Part shown: positions 10,003 to 19,951 of the stretch, piece by piece
How the letters are laid out: each line of letters starts with the position of its first letter
Position numbering within the stretch: the stretch's first letter is position 1
Source: Thermodesulfobacteriota bacterium
GTDB lineage: Bacteria > Desulfobacterota_D > UBA1144 > Nemesobacterales > UBA2774
DNA: 64,000 nucleotides
Assembly (NCBI GenBank): GCA_965223335.1
Contig: OZ244991.1
Coordinates: 2,400,001 to 2,464,000 of the forward strand
Direction of reading: 5' to 3'
The notes under the pieces: generated by a model
What the model was told of the DNA's origin: nothing
Seen by the model: only the letters and a program-made list of their open reading frames with translations
Databases searched by the model: none
Made by a program: the position numbers and the translations under genes

Positions 10003-10188
10003 CCGACATTCAGCGATTCGCGTTAAGAAAATAGCGCAATGGAGTCGTAAATTGCACACTGAGTGTGCTCTCATAAGTTGAACGTCAATCTTTTGTTATG
10101 CCGCGGCGCGAGCCGTGACGGAATAAGCTATTTTTAGTTAATCGCTGTCAGTCGGTGATTTTTGTTACTTTTCATCAAGGAAAAGTAA
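10003..10188 (+). repeat. Repeat A, complete stem with alternative branched apex
   Basis: cagcgatt/aatcgctg, aaaatagc/gctatttt stems; apex gcacactgagtgtgc + cggc-gcga-gccg. Confidence 0.9.
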
Positions 10189-10472
10189 AAATAAAAAATC
10201 TTTTATCCATGACAAACTCCTTTTTATAAATGGGGCATCCACGCCCCTGGTCTCTGTATTTTTTCCCCGCCTCCAGTCGCTGACCTCCCTCTACCCCATT
10301 TTGTCCCTACCTACGGTCGTGATACTACTACTCCCTCTCGCGGCCCCCACCTTATCGGTCCCCATGGGCTCTAAAGTCCCGTCACTCCCTTCTGAATGGG
10401 GTCTCCAGACCCCCGACTACCCCATTTTGTTCCTGCCTGTCGCTCATTAACAACATTCGCTGTCGGTCCCCA

Positions 10473-11177
10473 TCATTTCGTCCACTTCTTTAGCGCCCTT
10501 ATAAGCTCTATCTCGAGCACTATTGCGTCGCGTACCAGCTCACTGGGTGTTAGCCCCTTTCCGCTGTAGCTAGTCGCAGCCACCTGCAACAGCCCCAAAA
10601 GCCGCCGCTCCCGGTCCCGGGACCAACTCACACTCCTCCTCGGGGGCGTAGCCTTGTCGAATTCAAGCTCCCCGGGCTTCGGCTCCTCTTTACGGATTAT
10701 GTTTATCGCACACACTCGGATCTTCCCCGTCCCCAGATCCTTCTCGCTGCCCTTATCCTCTTCCCTAACCACTCCCTCTCGCCAGTACCTATACTCCACA
10801 AAGTCGAGCACCCGGGGCACCTCAAACGACTCCTCCCTCTGGCCCCCCTCGGCATAGTAGAGCCACTCCTCACGGTTCTGGACCTTAAACCTCGTATCCT
10901 CGGCCCTACACACCCTGCCCATCGCCTCGTACTTTTTTACCCCTCCGCCAATCACTCCCACTGCCCTAACCAGCCTCTCTATGCAGTTAACCGTGCGCCC
11001 CTCCTGCTTACGCGCCCTAAAGTCCACACGCACGTCCTCGCCCCGCTTAAGCATCGCAATATCTGCAATCCCGCACGTATTGGGCATGAACCTGTACCAC
11101 GCCTCCCCCACCTTAACCCCCCGGTGCCTAAGGCTCACTGCCTCTACTTTCCCATATGCGGTCTGCATCTCAGCCAC
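10473..11177 (-). CDS. Phage-like hypothetical protein, possibly tandem OB-fold nucleic-acid binding
   Basis: GTG start after gggagg; two similar beta-rich segments (GKVEAV...VKVGEAWY / GRVCRA...FKVQNREEWL). Confidence 0.55.
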   Translation of the reverse strand: MAEMQTAYGKVEAVSLRHRGVKVGEAWYRFMPNTCGIADIAMLKRGEDVRVDFRARKQEGRTVNCIERLVRAVGVIGGGVKKYEAMGRVCRAEDTRFKVQNREEWLYYAEGGQREESFEVPRVLDFVEYRYWREGVVREEDKGSEKDLGTGKIRVCAINIIRKEEPKPGELEFDKATPPRRSVSWSRDRERRLLGLLQVAATSYSGKGLTPSELVRDAIVLEIELIRALKKWTK

Positions 11178-11462
11178 AATCCCCCTCCCCCCGGCCGCAC
11201 CTCTCGGCCCATAGCCCTTCCTCCAAATGCAGGTCCTCCGAGGCTGCCCAGTCCTTTCGACCGGCCCCCCGCGGCCTTTGCCGACGCAAGGGGTCCACAG
11301 CACCCCGGTTCCGATACCTTGCCCTGCTATTGGACATATGTTCTATATACAATTTTCTAACCCTTCCCATGACCGATGTTTTGTTGTTACTCCATAATGG
11401 GATTTTAGATCCCAATCACCCTATTCTCCCCACATCCCCATTTTCATAGCTTTTGTTCCCAA

Positions 11463-11640
11463 TGAGGTCATAGACCTCAATCCCGACATTCGGCGATTCG
11501 CGTTAAGAAAATAGCGCAATGGAGTCGTAAATTGATTTTCGGGGCTGAGGCAGGATTAAAATCAATTAGACAGAATTAGCTATTTTTAGTTAATCGCTGT
11601 CAGTCGGTGATTTTTGTTACTTTTCATCAAGGAAAAGTAA
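11463..11640 (+). repeat. Repeat A, complete copy
   Basis: tgaggtc-ata-gacctca 5' hairpin; aattgatttt/aaaatcaatt apical stem; terminal hairpin. Confidence 0.9.
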
Positions 11641-12218
11641 AAAATAAAAATCTTCTATTCATGACACACTCCTTAATCTTTTTATTTCGTCCCTACCTGT
11701 CGCTAGCCGGACTCCGCTAGCTCCCGGTCCCCATGGGCACTCACATCCCGGGACTATCTTTTGCTTGGGACGCGAGATTCCACTTCCCCATTTATTCCCT
11801 CCAGTCGCCACACTACGGCTCCTTATCGGTCCCCATGGGCACTTATGTAATGGGACTCTCCTATGCAAGGGGCCTCCAGCCCCCCCCGGTCGCGAGACCC
11901 CCTCCCGCGTCCGTCGTCGGTAGAGGTATGGTATAGCAACAATGCTATTGACGGACTGCGGGAGAGAGATAACGCACAAACCCAAAAACATCACCCCATA
12001 CACTTTCTTTCAAATCTTTTTGTTCTTTGCTAGCAGTTCTCTTTTTCCCAATGGAGGCTTTAGGTTCCCGGTCTCTTTATTTTGTCCCTCCCTGCCGCTC
12101 ATACACTACATTCGCTGGCGGTCCCCATGGGCTCTAAAGTTCCAAAACTCCCTAACGAATGGGGTCTCCAGCTTCCCGCAACCCCATTTGTACCCTGCTG
12201 TTCGCTGTACTCCGCTCA

Positions 12219-12506
12219 CTAGCGGCCCCCAGTATCACGCATTGCATACTCTCTGTATTTACCGTTCCAATAGTCCTTAGAGCCGGGGGTGTTAACCTCC
12301 CTCAGCACCTCTTCGTATATTCTTTTAAAGTCCTCGACCTCCATACGCAGCTCAGAACAATCGATACTGTCCTCAATCGCCTCGCACGAGGTAATGGTCA
12401 TCTCGTCGGCGCGGCTCGTCTCATAGGCCCTGCCCATATGCCACGTCATGTACAAAAACCCAAACACCATAAGCCCCATTCCAGACCACGATAGCAGTTT
12501 TTTCAC
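12219..12506 (-). CDS. Small membrane-anchored phage-like protein
   Basis: aaaggagg RBS, N-terminal TM helix. Confidence 0.6.
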   Translation of the reverse strand: MKKLLSWSGMGLMVFGFLYMTWHMGRAYETSRADEMTITSCEAIEDSIDCSELRMEVEDFKRIYEEVLREVNTPGSKDYWNGKYREYAMRDTGGR

Positions 12507-12541
12507 TGCACACCTCCTTTAAAACACTCTGTAGATTTTTA

Positions 12542-12964
12542 CTATTGGACGTCCCCTGCGCCCTCGGGGCCACCCCACTTCTTTTGCCCGCGCTCCGACC
12601 GCTGACAACGCCTGCACTTTGTGTCCAAAAGCTCCCAAAGCTGCTTCTTCTTTAACTGCTCCACCACCTCGGGATGCGTCTCCTTCATCCTAATCGTCTC
12701 TATAAGCCGCACCGGGTTCACTTCCTCGGCCTCCAGGTACTCGTCGAACGTCACCCCCCTCTTCTTTAGCTCCTTTTCAAAGCGCAGTAGGTTCAGGTAT
12801 CCATACCCCCTAAGCGCCTCTTCGACCGGCCTGCTCTTTGCCCCGTCCACATAGATCACCATCTTTGTCGACGCCGGGCTCACCCCGTGCGAACTCGCAA
12901 ACTTATCCAAACTCCCCCACTCTCCAATAATCTGCTGCGATGTTATATGCTCAATCCTTCCCAT
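12542..12964 (-). CDS. Cro/Ner-like DNA-binding protein
   Basis: WGSLDKFASSHGVSPASTKMVI HTH-like segment; first gene divergent from CI-like repressor. Confidence 0.55.
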   Translation of the reverse strand: MGRIEHITSQQIIGEWGSLDKFASSHGVSPASTKMVIYVDGAKSRPVEEALRGYGYLNLLRFEKELKKRGVTFDEYLEAEEVNPVRLIETIRMKETHPEVVEQLKKKQLWELLDTKCRRCQRSERGQKKWGGPEGAGDVQ

Positions 12965-13016
12965 AATACTTTTCTCTCCTTTCTCATCCTTACTTAATAT
13001 CATTTGCAGTTCCCAA

Positions 13017-13116
13017 TGGGATCCCTAGATCCCAGTTCCGACATTACGGCAATGGCGTATAGAAAATAAGCTTGAGAGGCGTTAAAAATGTATTTCGGGG
13101 TTGTGGGTTGGATCAA
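13017..13116 (+). repeat. Repeat A, 5' half fused to repeat-B cluster (B modules continue to ~13450)
   Basis: Left arm essentially identical to the 7044 copy; same junction (atcaacctcccacta) as at 9490. Confidence 0.8.
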
Positions 13117-13468
13117 CCTCCCACTACCCCATCTTATCCCTCCCTGCCGCTCATACACTACACTCGCTTGCGGTCCCCATTGGCACTCACATAATGGGAC
13201 TCCTAAAAGACGGGGTCCGTGACCCCCACGACCCCAATTTATCCCTTCCTGCCGTTCGCGATAAAACTGCTCACTCGCGGTCCCCATGATCCTATTTTGT
13301 CCCCTCCAGTCGCCAAACAACGGCTCCTTATCGGTCCCCATTGGCACTAAAGTCCCGGTACTACCTTTTGAATGGGGCGTCCACGCCCCGGTCTTTTTAT
13401 TTTGTCCCTCCCTGCCGCTCATACACTACACTCGCTTGCGGTCCCCATTTCCCAATTCTGTGAATCAA

Positions 13469-13570
13469 AATCACAATAATCAACACAAAACCCCTTGCAA
13501 TTTCCAATATTGTGTATTAATATTGCTATTGTGTTATTCATTACGTATTATTAGATCACAGTATTGTGAT
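13469..13570. promoter_or_regulatory. Putative CI/Cro operator-promoter region
   Basis: Repeated tattgtg/cacaata half-sites and palindrome atcacagtattgtgat (13555-13570) upstream of the repressor. Confidence 0.5.
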
Positions 13571-13613
13571 GATGTCAAGTATAAAATTTACAAAATTGCG
13601 AATGGAGGGAACT

Positions 13614-14255
13614 ATGGATCGCAGAAATGGGATCGCAGACAGATTAAAAAAACTAAGAGACACACTGGAACTCACTCAAGAAGAGTTTGGGCGCGATATA
13701 GGAAAGTCGCTAAATACAGTCCTCAGCTGGGAGACTGGTAAAACCCGGCCCACCGAAAAGTTCCTTGTAGTCATCGAAAAACTCTATAATCTCAGCCCCG
13801 GGTGGCTGGTCGAGGGCAAGGGCCAGATGTTTATGCGCGAGAGCGCCGAGAACTACACGGGCGATATGACCGAGGTCAACATATGGGAGCTTGCCGGTGC
13901 CGGCGACCCCATGTTTACCGACGACGTCGCACCCATCGAGTGCATCATCCTGCCCAAAAAACTAGTAGGCGGCCACACCAACGGCTTTAAGGTCCGCGGC
14001 GACAGCATGTACCCCACCATTGTGGACGGTGCCTACGTGGGGTTCGACATGAACGACAAAAAGGTTGTCAGTAACGGGGTCTATTGCTTAAACCTCCCCT
14101 ACGAGGGCTACGTGGTCAAACGCCTCGAGATCACACCCAACGAGGTCATCATAAAGAGCGACAACAAAATGGTCATGGACAGCACCATCCCGCTTGACCA
14201 CATGGACAACAACCTCATCATCGGCCGCGTCAAATGGGTTTATCAAAACATGTAG
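13614..14255 (+). CDS. CI/LexA-like repressor (XRE HTH + S24 peptidase)
   Basis: HTH (LKKLRDTLELTQEEFG...WETGK), AG cleavage site, VRGDSMYP and VVKRL catalytic motifs. Confidence 0.92.
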   Translation: MDRRNGIADRLKKLRDTLELTQEEFGRDIGKSLNTVLSWETGKTRPTEKFLVVIEKLYNLSPGWLVEGKGQMFMRESAENYTGDMTEVNIWELAGAGDPMFTDDVAPIECIILPKKLVGGHTNGFKVRGDSMYPTIVDGAYVGFDMNDKKVVSNGVYCLNLPYEGYVVKRLEITPNEVIIKSDNKMVMDSTIPLDHMDNNLIIGRVKWVYQNM

Positions 14256-14328
14256 AGGACGGTCTATAGCAATAACACTAACGCATATAATAATGAAACT
14301 GCATTCAAGATATGATATAAGTTACAAG

Positions 14329-15072
14329 ATGAGTGAATTAAGCAAGATTGAATGGACTAATTCTACGTGGAACCCGGTGCGCGGTTGTACTAAAATCAGC
14401 CCGGGTTGTAAATATTGCTATGCCGAGACCTTTGCCGAAAGGTTTAGAGGAGTACCCGGCCACCCATATGAACAAGGATTTGATCTTCGGCTAGTGCCCC
14501 ATAAATTGGAAGATCCGTTAAAATGGAAAAAACCGAGGATGATATTTGTTAATTCCATGAGCGACTTATTTCATAAACAAGTTCCAGATTCTTACATCAA
14601 CAAAGTTTTCGAGATCATGTCCGAAGCGCATTGGCATACATTTCAGGTCTTAACTAAACGCTCGGAGAGACTCTTAGAACTAAGTCCAAAACTCAAGTGG
14701 TGTGAGAACATTTGGATGGGGGTTAGTGTAGAATCCAAAAAATACATATTTAGATCCAATCATCTATCGAAAATCCCAGCTGCCGTTAGATTTCTTAGTG
14801 TTGAGCCATTACTTGAAGATATTCCACATCTTCCATTAGACAATATAGATTGGGTAATTGTAGGCGGAGAATCGGGACGTAATGCAAGACCAATGAACAT
14901 ATCATGGGCACGGTCAATAAAAGATCAATGCGCTCATAATAATGTTCCATTTTTCTTAAAACAACTAGGAGGCCGTTTTAATAAACGAGGCGGGTCTCAA
15001 GCAAGACTTGATGGTAAAATGTGGCGCCAATTCCCTAACAAAACCCCTCGAAGATTGCTGAAAACTGCTTAA
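14329..15072 (+). CDS. DUF5131 / phage Gp37Gp68 family protein (three-Cys motif)
   Basis: IEWTNSTWNPVRGCTKISPGCKYCYA, FVNSMSDLFH, FLSVEPLL, WVIVGGESG, PFFLKQ motifs. Confidence 0.92.
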   Translation: MSELSKIEWTNSTWNPVRGCTKISPGCKYCYAETFAERFRGVPGHPYEQGFDLRLVPHKLEDPLKWKKPRMIFVNSMSDLFHKQVPDSYINKVFEIMSEAHWHTFQVLTKRSERLLELSPKLKWCENIWMGVSVESKKYIFRSNHLSKIPAAVRFLSVEPLLEDIPHLPLDNIDWVIVGGESGRNARPMNISWARSIKDQCAHNNVPFFLKQLGGRFNKRGGSQARLDGKMWRQFPNKTPRRLLKTA

Positions 15073-15087
15073 GCAATATATGCAATA

Positions 15088-16182
15088 ATGTCTAAACCAA
15101 AAAAATTATGGGCACTAAAGTCTCATACGAAAGGTAAACACTTAGTTTTACGTTCTTATTTGAATGCGTGGTTTCCTATATTGGGTAGTTGGAATGGTAG
15201 AATACTATTTATTGACGCATTTGCTGGCCCTGGAGAATATGAAGGTGGTGAAGAGGGATCACCTATAATTGCTATTAATTCTCTTATCAAACATAAATCA
15301 AAACATGTGATCAAAGCCCAAGTAAGTTTCTTATTCATAGAAAAAGATAAAGCACGTGCAGATCACTTAACAAGTTTAGTTAACCAATATAAACACAAGT
15401 GCCCTGCAGGGACTAGTATTGAGGTACGCCATGGCAAATTTGACGAGACCATGACAGATGTACTAGATGATATTGATCAGCGCAATAGAACTCTTGCTAC
15501 TAATTTTTTGATGATTGATCCATTTGGGGTTAGTGGTACCCAAATGAAAGTCATAGAACGTATTCTCAGAAGTTCAAAATCTGAAGTATTTATCTCATTT
15601 ATGTATGAATCTATTAAGCGCTTCCTAACTACCCCGGAATTCGAACACCACTTAGATAATTTGTTTGGATGTCAACTATGGCGTAGAGCACTTAGCATGG
15701 AAGATGGGGATGCTAAGAAAAATTATTTGTTCAATTTGTACAAAGAACAATTAAAAAAAGCGGGGGCAAAGTATGTTGTAAGTTTTGATTTGTATGATCA
15801 TAATCGGCACATATATTCTATTTTCTTTGGCACGCAGCACCTAAAAGGTAGTGACCGCATGAAATCTGCAATTTGGTCAATTGATCCATCGGGCGAATTT
15901 AAGTTTGTAGCTACGAATTATAACCAATTAAAGTTAGATTTTAACAATCCAGCATATAAACCACTAGAAGAATGCCTCAAGAATAAATTCAGAAATAAAG
16001 GTTTTGTTACTGTTGAACATATTATTGATTTTGTGAGATCTGATGAAACTGATTACCATTCTGGTCAAGTCAAAAAAATAGCATTAAAACAAATGGAAAA
16101 GAACAATGAATTAGAAGTTGATGAATCTACCCGCAAAAGGAAGTTTACTTACCCAGATGGCACATTAATCAGATTCAAATAA
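15088..16182 (+). CDS. tcmP: Three-Cys-motif partner protein (TcmP, SAM-MTase-like fold)
   Basis: HTKGKHLVLRSYLNAW, FIDAFAGPG, GSP, FIEKD, IDPFG motifs; directly follows DUF5131. Confidence 0.85.
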   Translation: MSKPKKLWALKSHTKGKHLVLRSYLNAWFPILGSWNGRILFIDAFAGPGEYEGGEEGSPIIAINSLIKHKSKHVIKAQVSFLFIEKDKARADHLTSLVNQYKHKCPAGTSIEVRHGKFDETMTDVLDDIDQRNRTLATNFLMIDPFGVSGTQMKVIERILRSSKSEVFISFMYESIKRFLTTPEFEHHLDNLFGCQLWRRALSMEDGDAKKNYLFNLYKEQLKKAGAKYVVSFDLYDHNRHIYSIFFGTQHLKGSDRMKSAIWSIDPSGEFKFVATNYNQLKLDFNNPAYKPLEECLKNKFRNKGFVTVEHIIDFVRSDETDYHSGQVKKIALKQMEKNNELEVDESTRKRKFTYPDGTLIRFK

Positions 16183-16290
16183 TCATTTAATATCCAAACA
16201 ATTATTTGTGATTCATCCACCCCCTTCCCCCCTACAATCTCTCTCCGTTTCAGCTATTATATTATGAGTTTTTTCGTTGGGGAGGGGAGT

Positions 16291-17052
16291 ATGAGCGGCG
16301 GCGGCAATTCCAACATCAAAAACATAGGGCACTATTTCAAGCTTGCACTCGAGCTTGCGCCGGCCGACCACCAGCTCTACGAGGTCTACGAGCGCGAACT
16401 CCCCGTGATGGTACGCATCATAGACGACTACATCGAGACCAACGAACTCGACCACGTCCACCTGTGTGATTTCGGCGGGGGTAACGGCGGGGTCACAGAA
16501 TACATCAAGCAAAACTCGCGCTACAAAGACCACATCCACATCACATGCATCGACGCCAACCCCGAGCTCCTTGCCGATAACCACTCGGCCCACGAGACCA
16601 TCCAGGCACAGCTCACCGAGTACAGTTCCCCCGACAAGTTCGATGTGATGATCATGCGCTATGTACTCGAGTTCAACAACGTCCGCGAACAGCTCCAAAT
16701 TCTCCGCAACATCCAAAGCTCGCTAACAGACACCGGCATCTTTATCAACTGGCGCTGTGCCGTGCGCGACACCACCCACCAGCAAAAGTTCCACACACTG
16801 CTCTCCACACCCGACATATACGAAAAACTCTACCGTCCCGACTCCCACTGGGACACGCTCAGCGAAAGCCTGGAGCTCTTTGAACAGGCCGGACTCAGCT
16901 CCGTCGTCAAAGACTCCTACAGTTCGGGCATTATGGATGTGCTCGAGGTCAAATACAGCCTCAGCCGCGACGAACGCACCCGGGTCGCAGAGTTCCTGGG
17001 CGAGTACAATTACCTCGACTTCGTCCTCTCCGTCTCCAATAAACAGCCCTAA
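16291..17052 (+). CDS. Class I SAM-dependent methyltransferase
   Basis: LCDFGGGNG, CIDAN, FDVMIMRYVL motifs. Confidence 0.8.
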   Translation: MSGGGNSNIKNIGHYFKLALELAPADHQLYEVYERELPVMVRIIDDYIETNELDHVHLCDFGGGNGGVTEYIKQNSRYKDHIHITCIDANPELLADNHSAHETIQAQLTEYSSPDKFDVMIMRYVLEFNNVREQLQILRNIQSSLTDTGIFINWRCAVRDTTHQQKFHTLLSTPDIYEKLYRPDSHWDTLSESLELFEQAGLSSVVKDSYSSGIMDVLEVKYSLSRDERTRVAEFLGEYNYLDFVLSVSNKQP

Positions 17053-17064
17053 TTTTACAAGCCC

Positions 17065-17799
17065 CTATGGGCCGCCCGGTGTAAACTCTACCAGTTCCGC
17101 TTCAGCATCCTTCGCAAGCCCTATCCCGCTCACGTAGACCTTATCGTCCAGGTGCGTGGGGTCCAAGGGGTTACAATCCTCTGTCGAGACCGTGTTGCTG
17201 AATGTGCCCGCGGGTAGTACGACCGTCTCACCAATGGCCACGATCTCTGCCTGGTCCTCGGCCACGCCCGGTGCAAACTCCTGGGGTATGACCATCCCCA
17301 CCTGTGGTGTACCCGGCATGATGATCCCCGGCATGTTGCCGTCCTCGCCCGCAAGCCACGAACCATCGTGCGACACTACTTCACCGTCCTCATATATATC
17401 CACCTCTTCGCCGAAATAACACACCGAGCCGTCAGCGGCCTGGGCATAATAGTTAAGCGATATCTCTACTACTTCCCCGTCCTCAAACTCGGCCTCTTCC
17501 ACCACACGCGTGGTAACACCCGCAACTGTCCGTGTCTCGCCAAGCACAGTGGTTTCTACAGTGATAGTTTCCCCGTCCTCCTCGCCCTCAAGCTCTATAA
17601 CGCTTCCCACAACCAGCGGGAAAAACGGGTTGTTTATGTTGAGTGTAAACATCCCCGTTACGGGGTCGCACACCTCTACGCTTGTATTAATTGCAGGGCA
17701 AAACCCCCCTCCCCCGCTGTTGCTGCAACCTCCTACAAGCAGTAACGCCCCGAATATCACCGACACTGCTGCCAATATTTTATACCTCACAGTACTCAC
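17065..17799 (-). CDS. Lipoprotein, hypothetical
   Basis: Lipobox LVGGC; INNPFFPL...YYAQ..DGSVCYFGE conserved-looking domain. Confidence 0.75.
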   Translation of the reverse strand: MSTVRYKILAAVSVIFGALLLVGGCSNSGGGGFCPAINTSVEVCDPVTGMFTLNINNPFFPLVVGSVIELEGEEDGETITVETTVLGETRTVAGVTTRVVEEAEFEDGEVVEISLNYYAQAADGSVCYFGEEVDIYEDGEVVSHDGSWLAGEDGNMPGIIMPGTPQVGMVIPQEFAPGVAEDQAEIVAIGETVVLPAGTFSNTVSTEDCNPLDPTHLDDKVYVSGIGLAKDAEAELVEFTPGGP

Positions 17800-17941
17800 C
17801 TCCTCATATATGGTTAGTTTGTTAAAACGCTATCAAACCAACCTTGCCCCAACCTTTCCCAAACATTACAGATCGGCAATGAACCTAAGACCGTGTTTTG
17901 AGTTGTATTTGTAGTTTTAAATCTTCAGCTGTTCATCCCCA

Positions 17942-18149
17942 TGGGATCACCTGATCCCAATCCGACATTCAGTGATTCGCGTCAAGAAAATAGCGCAATG
18001 GAGTCGTAAATTGCACACTGAGTGTGCTCTCATAACTTATATGTCAATCTTTTGTTATGCCGCGGCGCGAGCCGTGACTGAATTAGCTATTTTTAGCTAA
18101 TCGCTGTTAGTCGGCGACTTTTGGCTACTTTTGGTCAAGCAAAAGCAGC
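17942..18149 (+). repeat. Repeat A, complete copy with alternative apex
   Basis: Nearly identical to 10003-10188; terminal hairpin variant cttttggtcaagcaaaag. Confidence 0.9.
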
Positions 18150-18321
18150 GAAGTAAATAGGTAATAAGTATCGGTCTACTGATATATTATCCCTAGTGCA
18201 AATAGAGCCCCGGTACTACCTTCCGAATGGGGTCTCGCCCCCCCCAACTTCTGCTTAAATAGTTCTCGTATTCACTACTTAGACTATGATATAATTCGAA
18301 TACTATAATGGGAGGTGCAAT

Positions 18322-18705
18322 ATGAAACATTTAGTATATTTGTTATTGTTGCTTACAGTCCCTTTATGCTCGTTTTTATATAGTTGCGGGGGCAGCGATA
18401 GCAATGCACAGAATAAAAACGACCTGTTTATAATCGAGAGACAGGCGATCACGTTCAACTGCCCGACCACCGGTCAAATCGGTGCTCTCGAATGCCCGGC
18501 CGACTCGATCATTGTCGGAGCAGGGTGTGATGTCGATACCATCACAAATGGTGTTGAGTACACCGTGGTCCCTATCATCACATCCCAGTTCGTAGGCGCG
18601 TTCACAATCACACAGGCCAACAATTGCGATATCGACTGCTCAAATAGTCCCATAGCCGGTGACGTCCAGGTCAAATCCTACGCAGTCTGCCTGGACCTAA
18701 GCTAG
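18322..18705 (+). CDS. Small Cys-rich lipoprotein
   Basis: gggagg RBS, lipobox LYSC, CP...IIVGAGC...YAVC. Confidence 0.75.
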   Translation: MKHLVYLLLLLTVPLCSFLYSCGGSDSNAQNKNDLFIIERQAITFNCPTTGQIGALECPADSIIVGAGCDVDTITNGVEYTVVPIITSQFVGAFTITQANNCDIDCSNSPIAGDVQVKSYAVCLDLS

Positions 18706-19020
18706 TACCTAGATAGTTGTTTGTGAATAGAATCTCAAATCGCGGGATATCCCCCCGGCCGTAGAGGTGCAGAATACAACCGGGGGGTTAAGCAAGTAAA
18801 GAGAGATGAGGTCGTTTATATATATTAGCTTTCGTATATTACAGGAAGGTTACAATTGGATTACAAAATATATTTTTGGATAATCTATGAGCCGATTAGT
18901 GCATATAATCGGCTCGTTATCAGACTATTATATGAGCCGTATATAATGTGTATGAATAGGTACAAAAAGGGGACGCACCCCTATTTCATTATGAGTTTTT
19001 CGTTTTTTTTTCTTCCCCCA

Positions 19021-19295
19021 TGGGATCTCAAGATCCCAATCCCGACATCAGAGATATAGCGTTAAGAAAACAGGGTAGCGCGGAGTTAAAATTGATTTTC
19101 GGGGCCGGGGTAGAATCAAAATCAAAAACCAGGACAGTACCTGTGCTCGTGTATCGTTTCTGCTCAACGCCCACAACCTTACAATCTGCTTCATAACTCA
19201 TGCTACTACCTCGAGATGGGGTCACTGACCCCTGTTTTTAGCGTATATCTCGTTAGTCGTTGATTTTTGCCTACTTTTCATCAAGCAAAAGTAGC
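19021..19295 (+). repeat. Repeat A copy interrupted by ~105-bp insert
   Basis: gagatata/tatatctc and aaaacaggg/ccctgtttt arms; insert 19126-19230 resembles 7222-7320. Confidence 0.8.
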
Positions 19296-19381
19296 AATAG
19301 GAGATTTAACAAGTATTGCTTATCACTCACCCCGAACGCATAATATGTTTCTAATTAATTACACGTTAGAGGTGCGACACA

Positions 19382-19939
19382 ATGGCAAGAGTAGTCACTG
19401 AAGCCGAATCCAAAGAATGGCTATCTCAGAGGGGACTGTTAGACAGTAACGGGGAAGTATTAGAATCAGAATTCTTTCATAAAGAAGCATATCTATTACC
19501 CTCTAGTAAAGGGAGAAATATCGCGTTAAGTAATGCTATCACCTCATATTGGGAATCTGATTGTGAAGCTCTACTTCTACTAAAAGACTATGATATTTGG
19601 GGAGTACCATGCCATCATATGAATCTATTTTACGGTTATAGATGCTACTTAGGTGAACCACCTCCACCAAGACCGTCAGCTGATGATTACCGTATGATAC
19701 GTGACAAGCCGGGGCATATATTAGCTAGTGGTGACCAAGAAATTGCTCATTCATTGATTGCACTCACTCTATATTTTATGTGGGGGTGTGTGTTTGTAAC
19801 GGATGAAAAAAAATGGTTATTCGAAATAAGTCACGATGAGTTGTTTTTTTTCTATTTTAATTATGAACACGAAGTCCCTGATCATAGGTCAATCTTCGAG
19901 ACTTACGACTGTGAATACCTAGTGAAGAATAAGAAATGA
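19382..19939 (+). CDS. Low-GC hypothetical protein (immunity-protein-like), flanked by repeat A copies
   Basis: 185-aa ORF with gagg RBS, lower GC than neighbours. Confidence 0.65.
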   Translation: MARVVTEAESKEWLSQRGLLDSNGEVLESEFFHKEAYLLPSSKGRNIALSNAITSYWESDCEALLLLKDYDIWGVPCHHMNLFYGYRCYLGEPPPPRPSADDYRMIRDKPGHILASGDQEIAHSLIALTLYFMWGCVFVTDEKKWLFEISHDELFFFYFNYEHEVPDHRSIFETYDCEYLVKNKK

Positions 19940-19951
19940 TGTTTGCAGTTG

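Larger units (their letters stand above)
6513..16182. mobile_element. Cryptic prophage/ICE early region (immunity + replication module)
   Basis: CI-like S24 repressor divergent from Cro-like gene, run of short minus-strand ORFs, replication initiator, DUF5131/TcmP; no integrase or structural genes visible; boundaries approximate. Confidence 0.65.
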
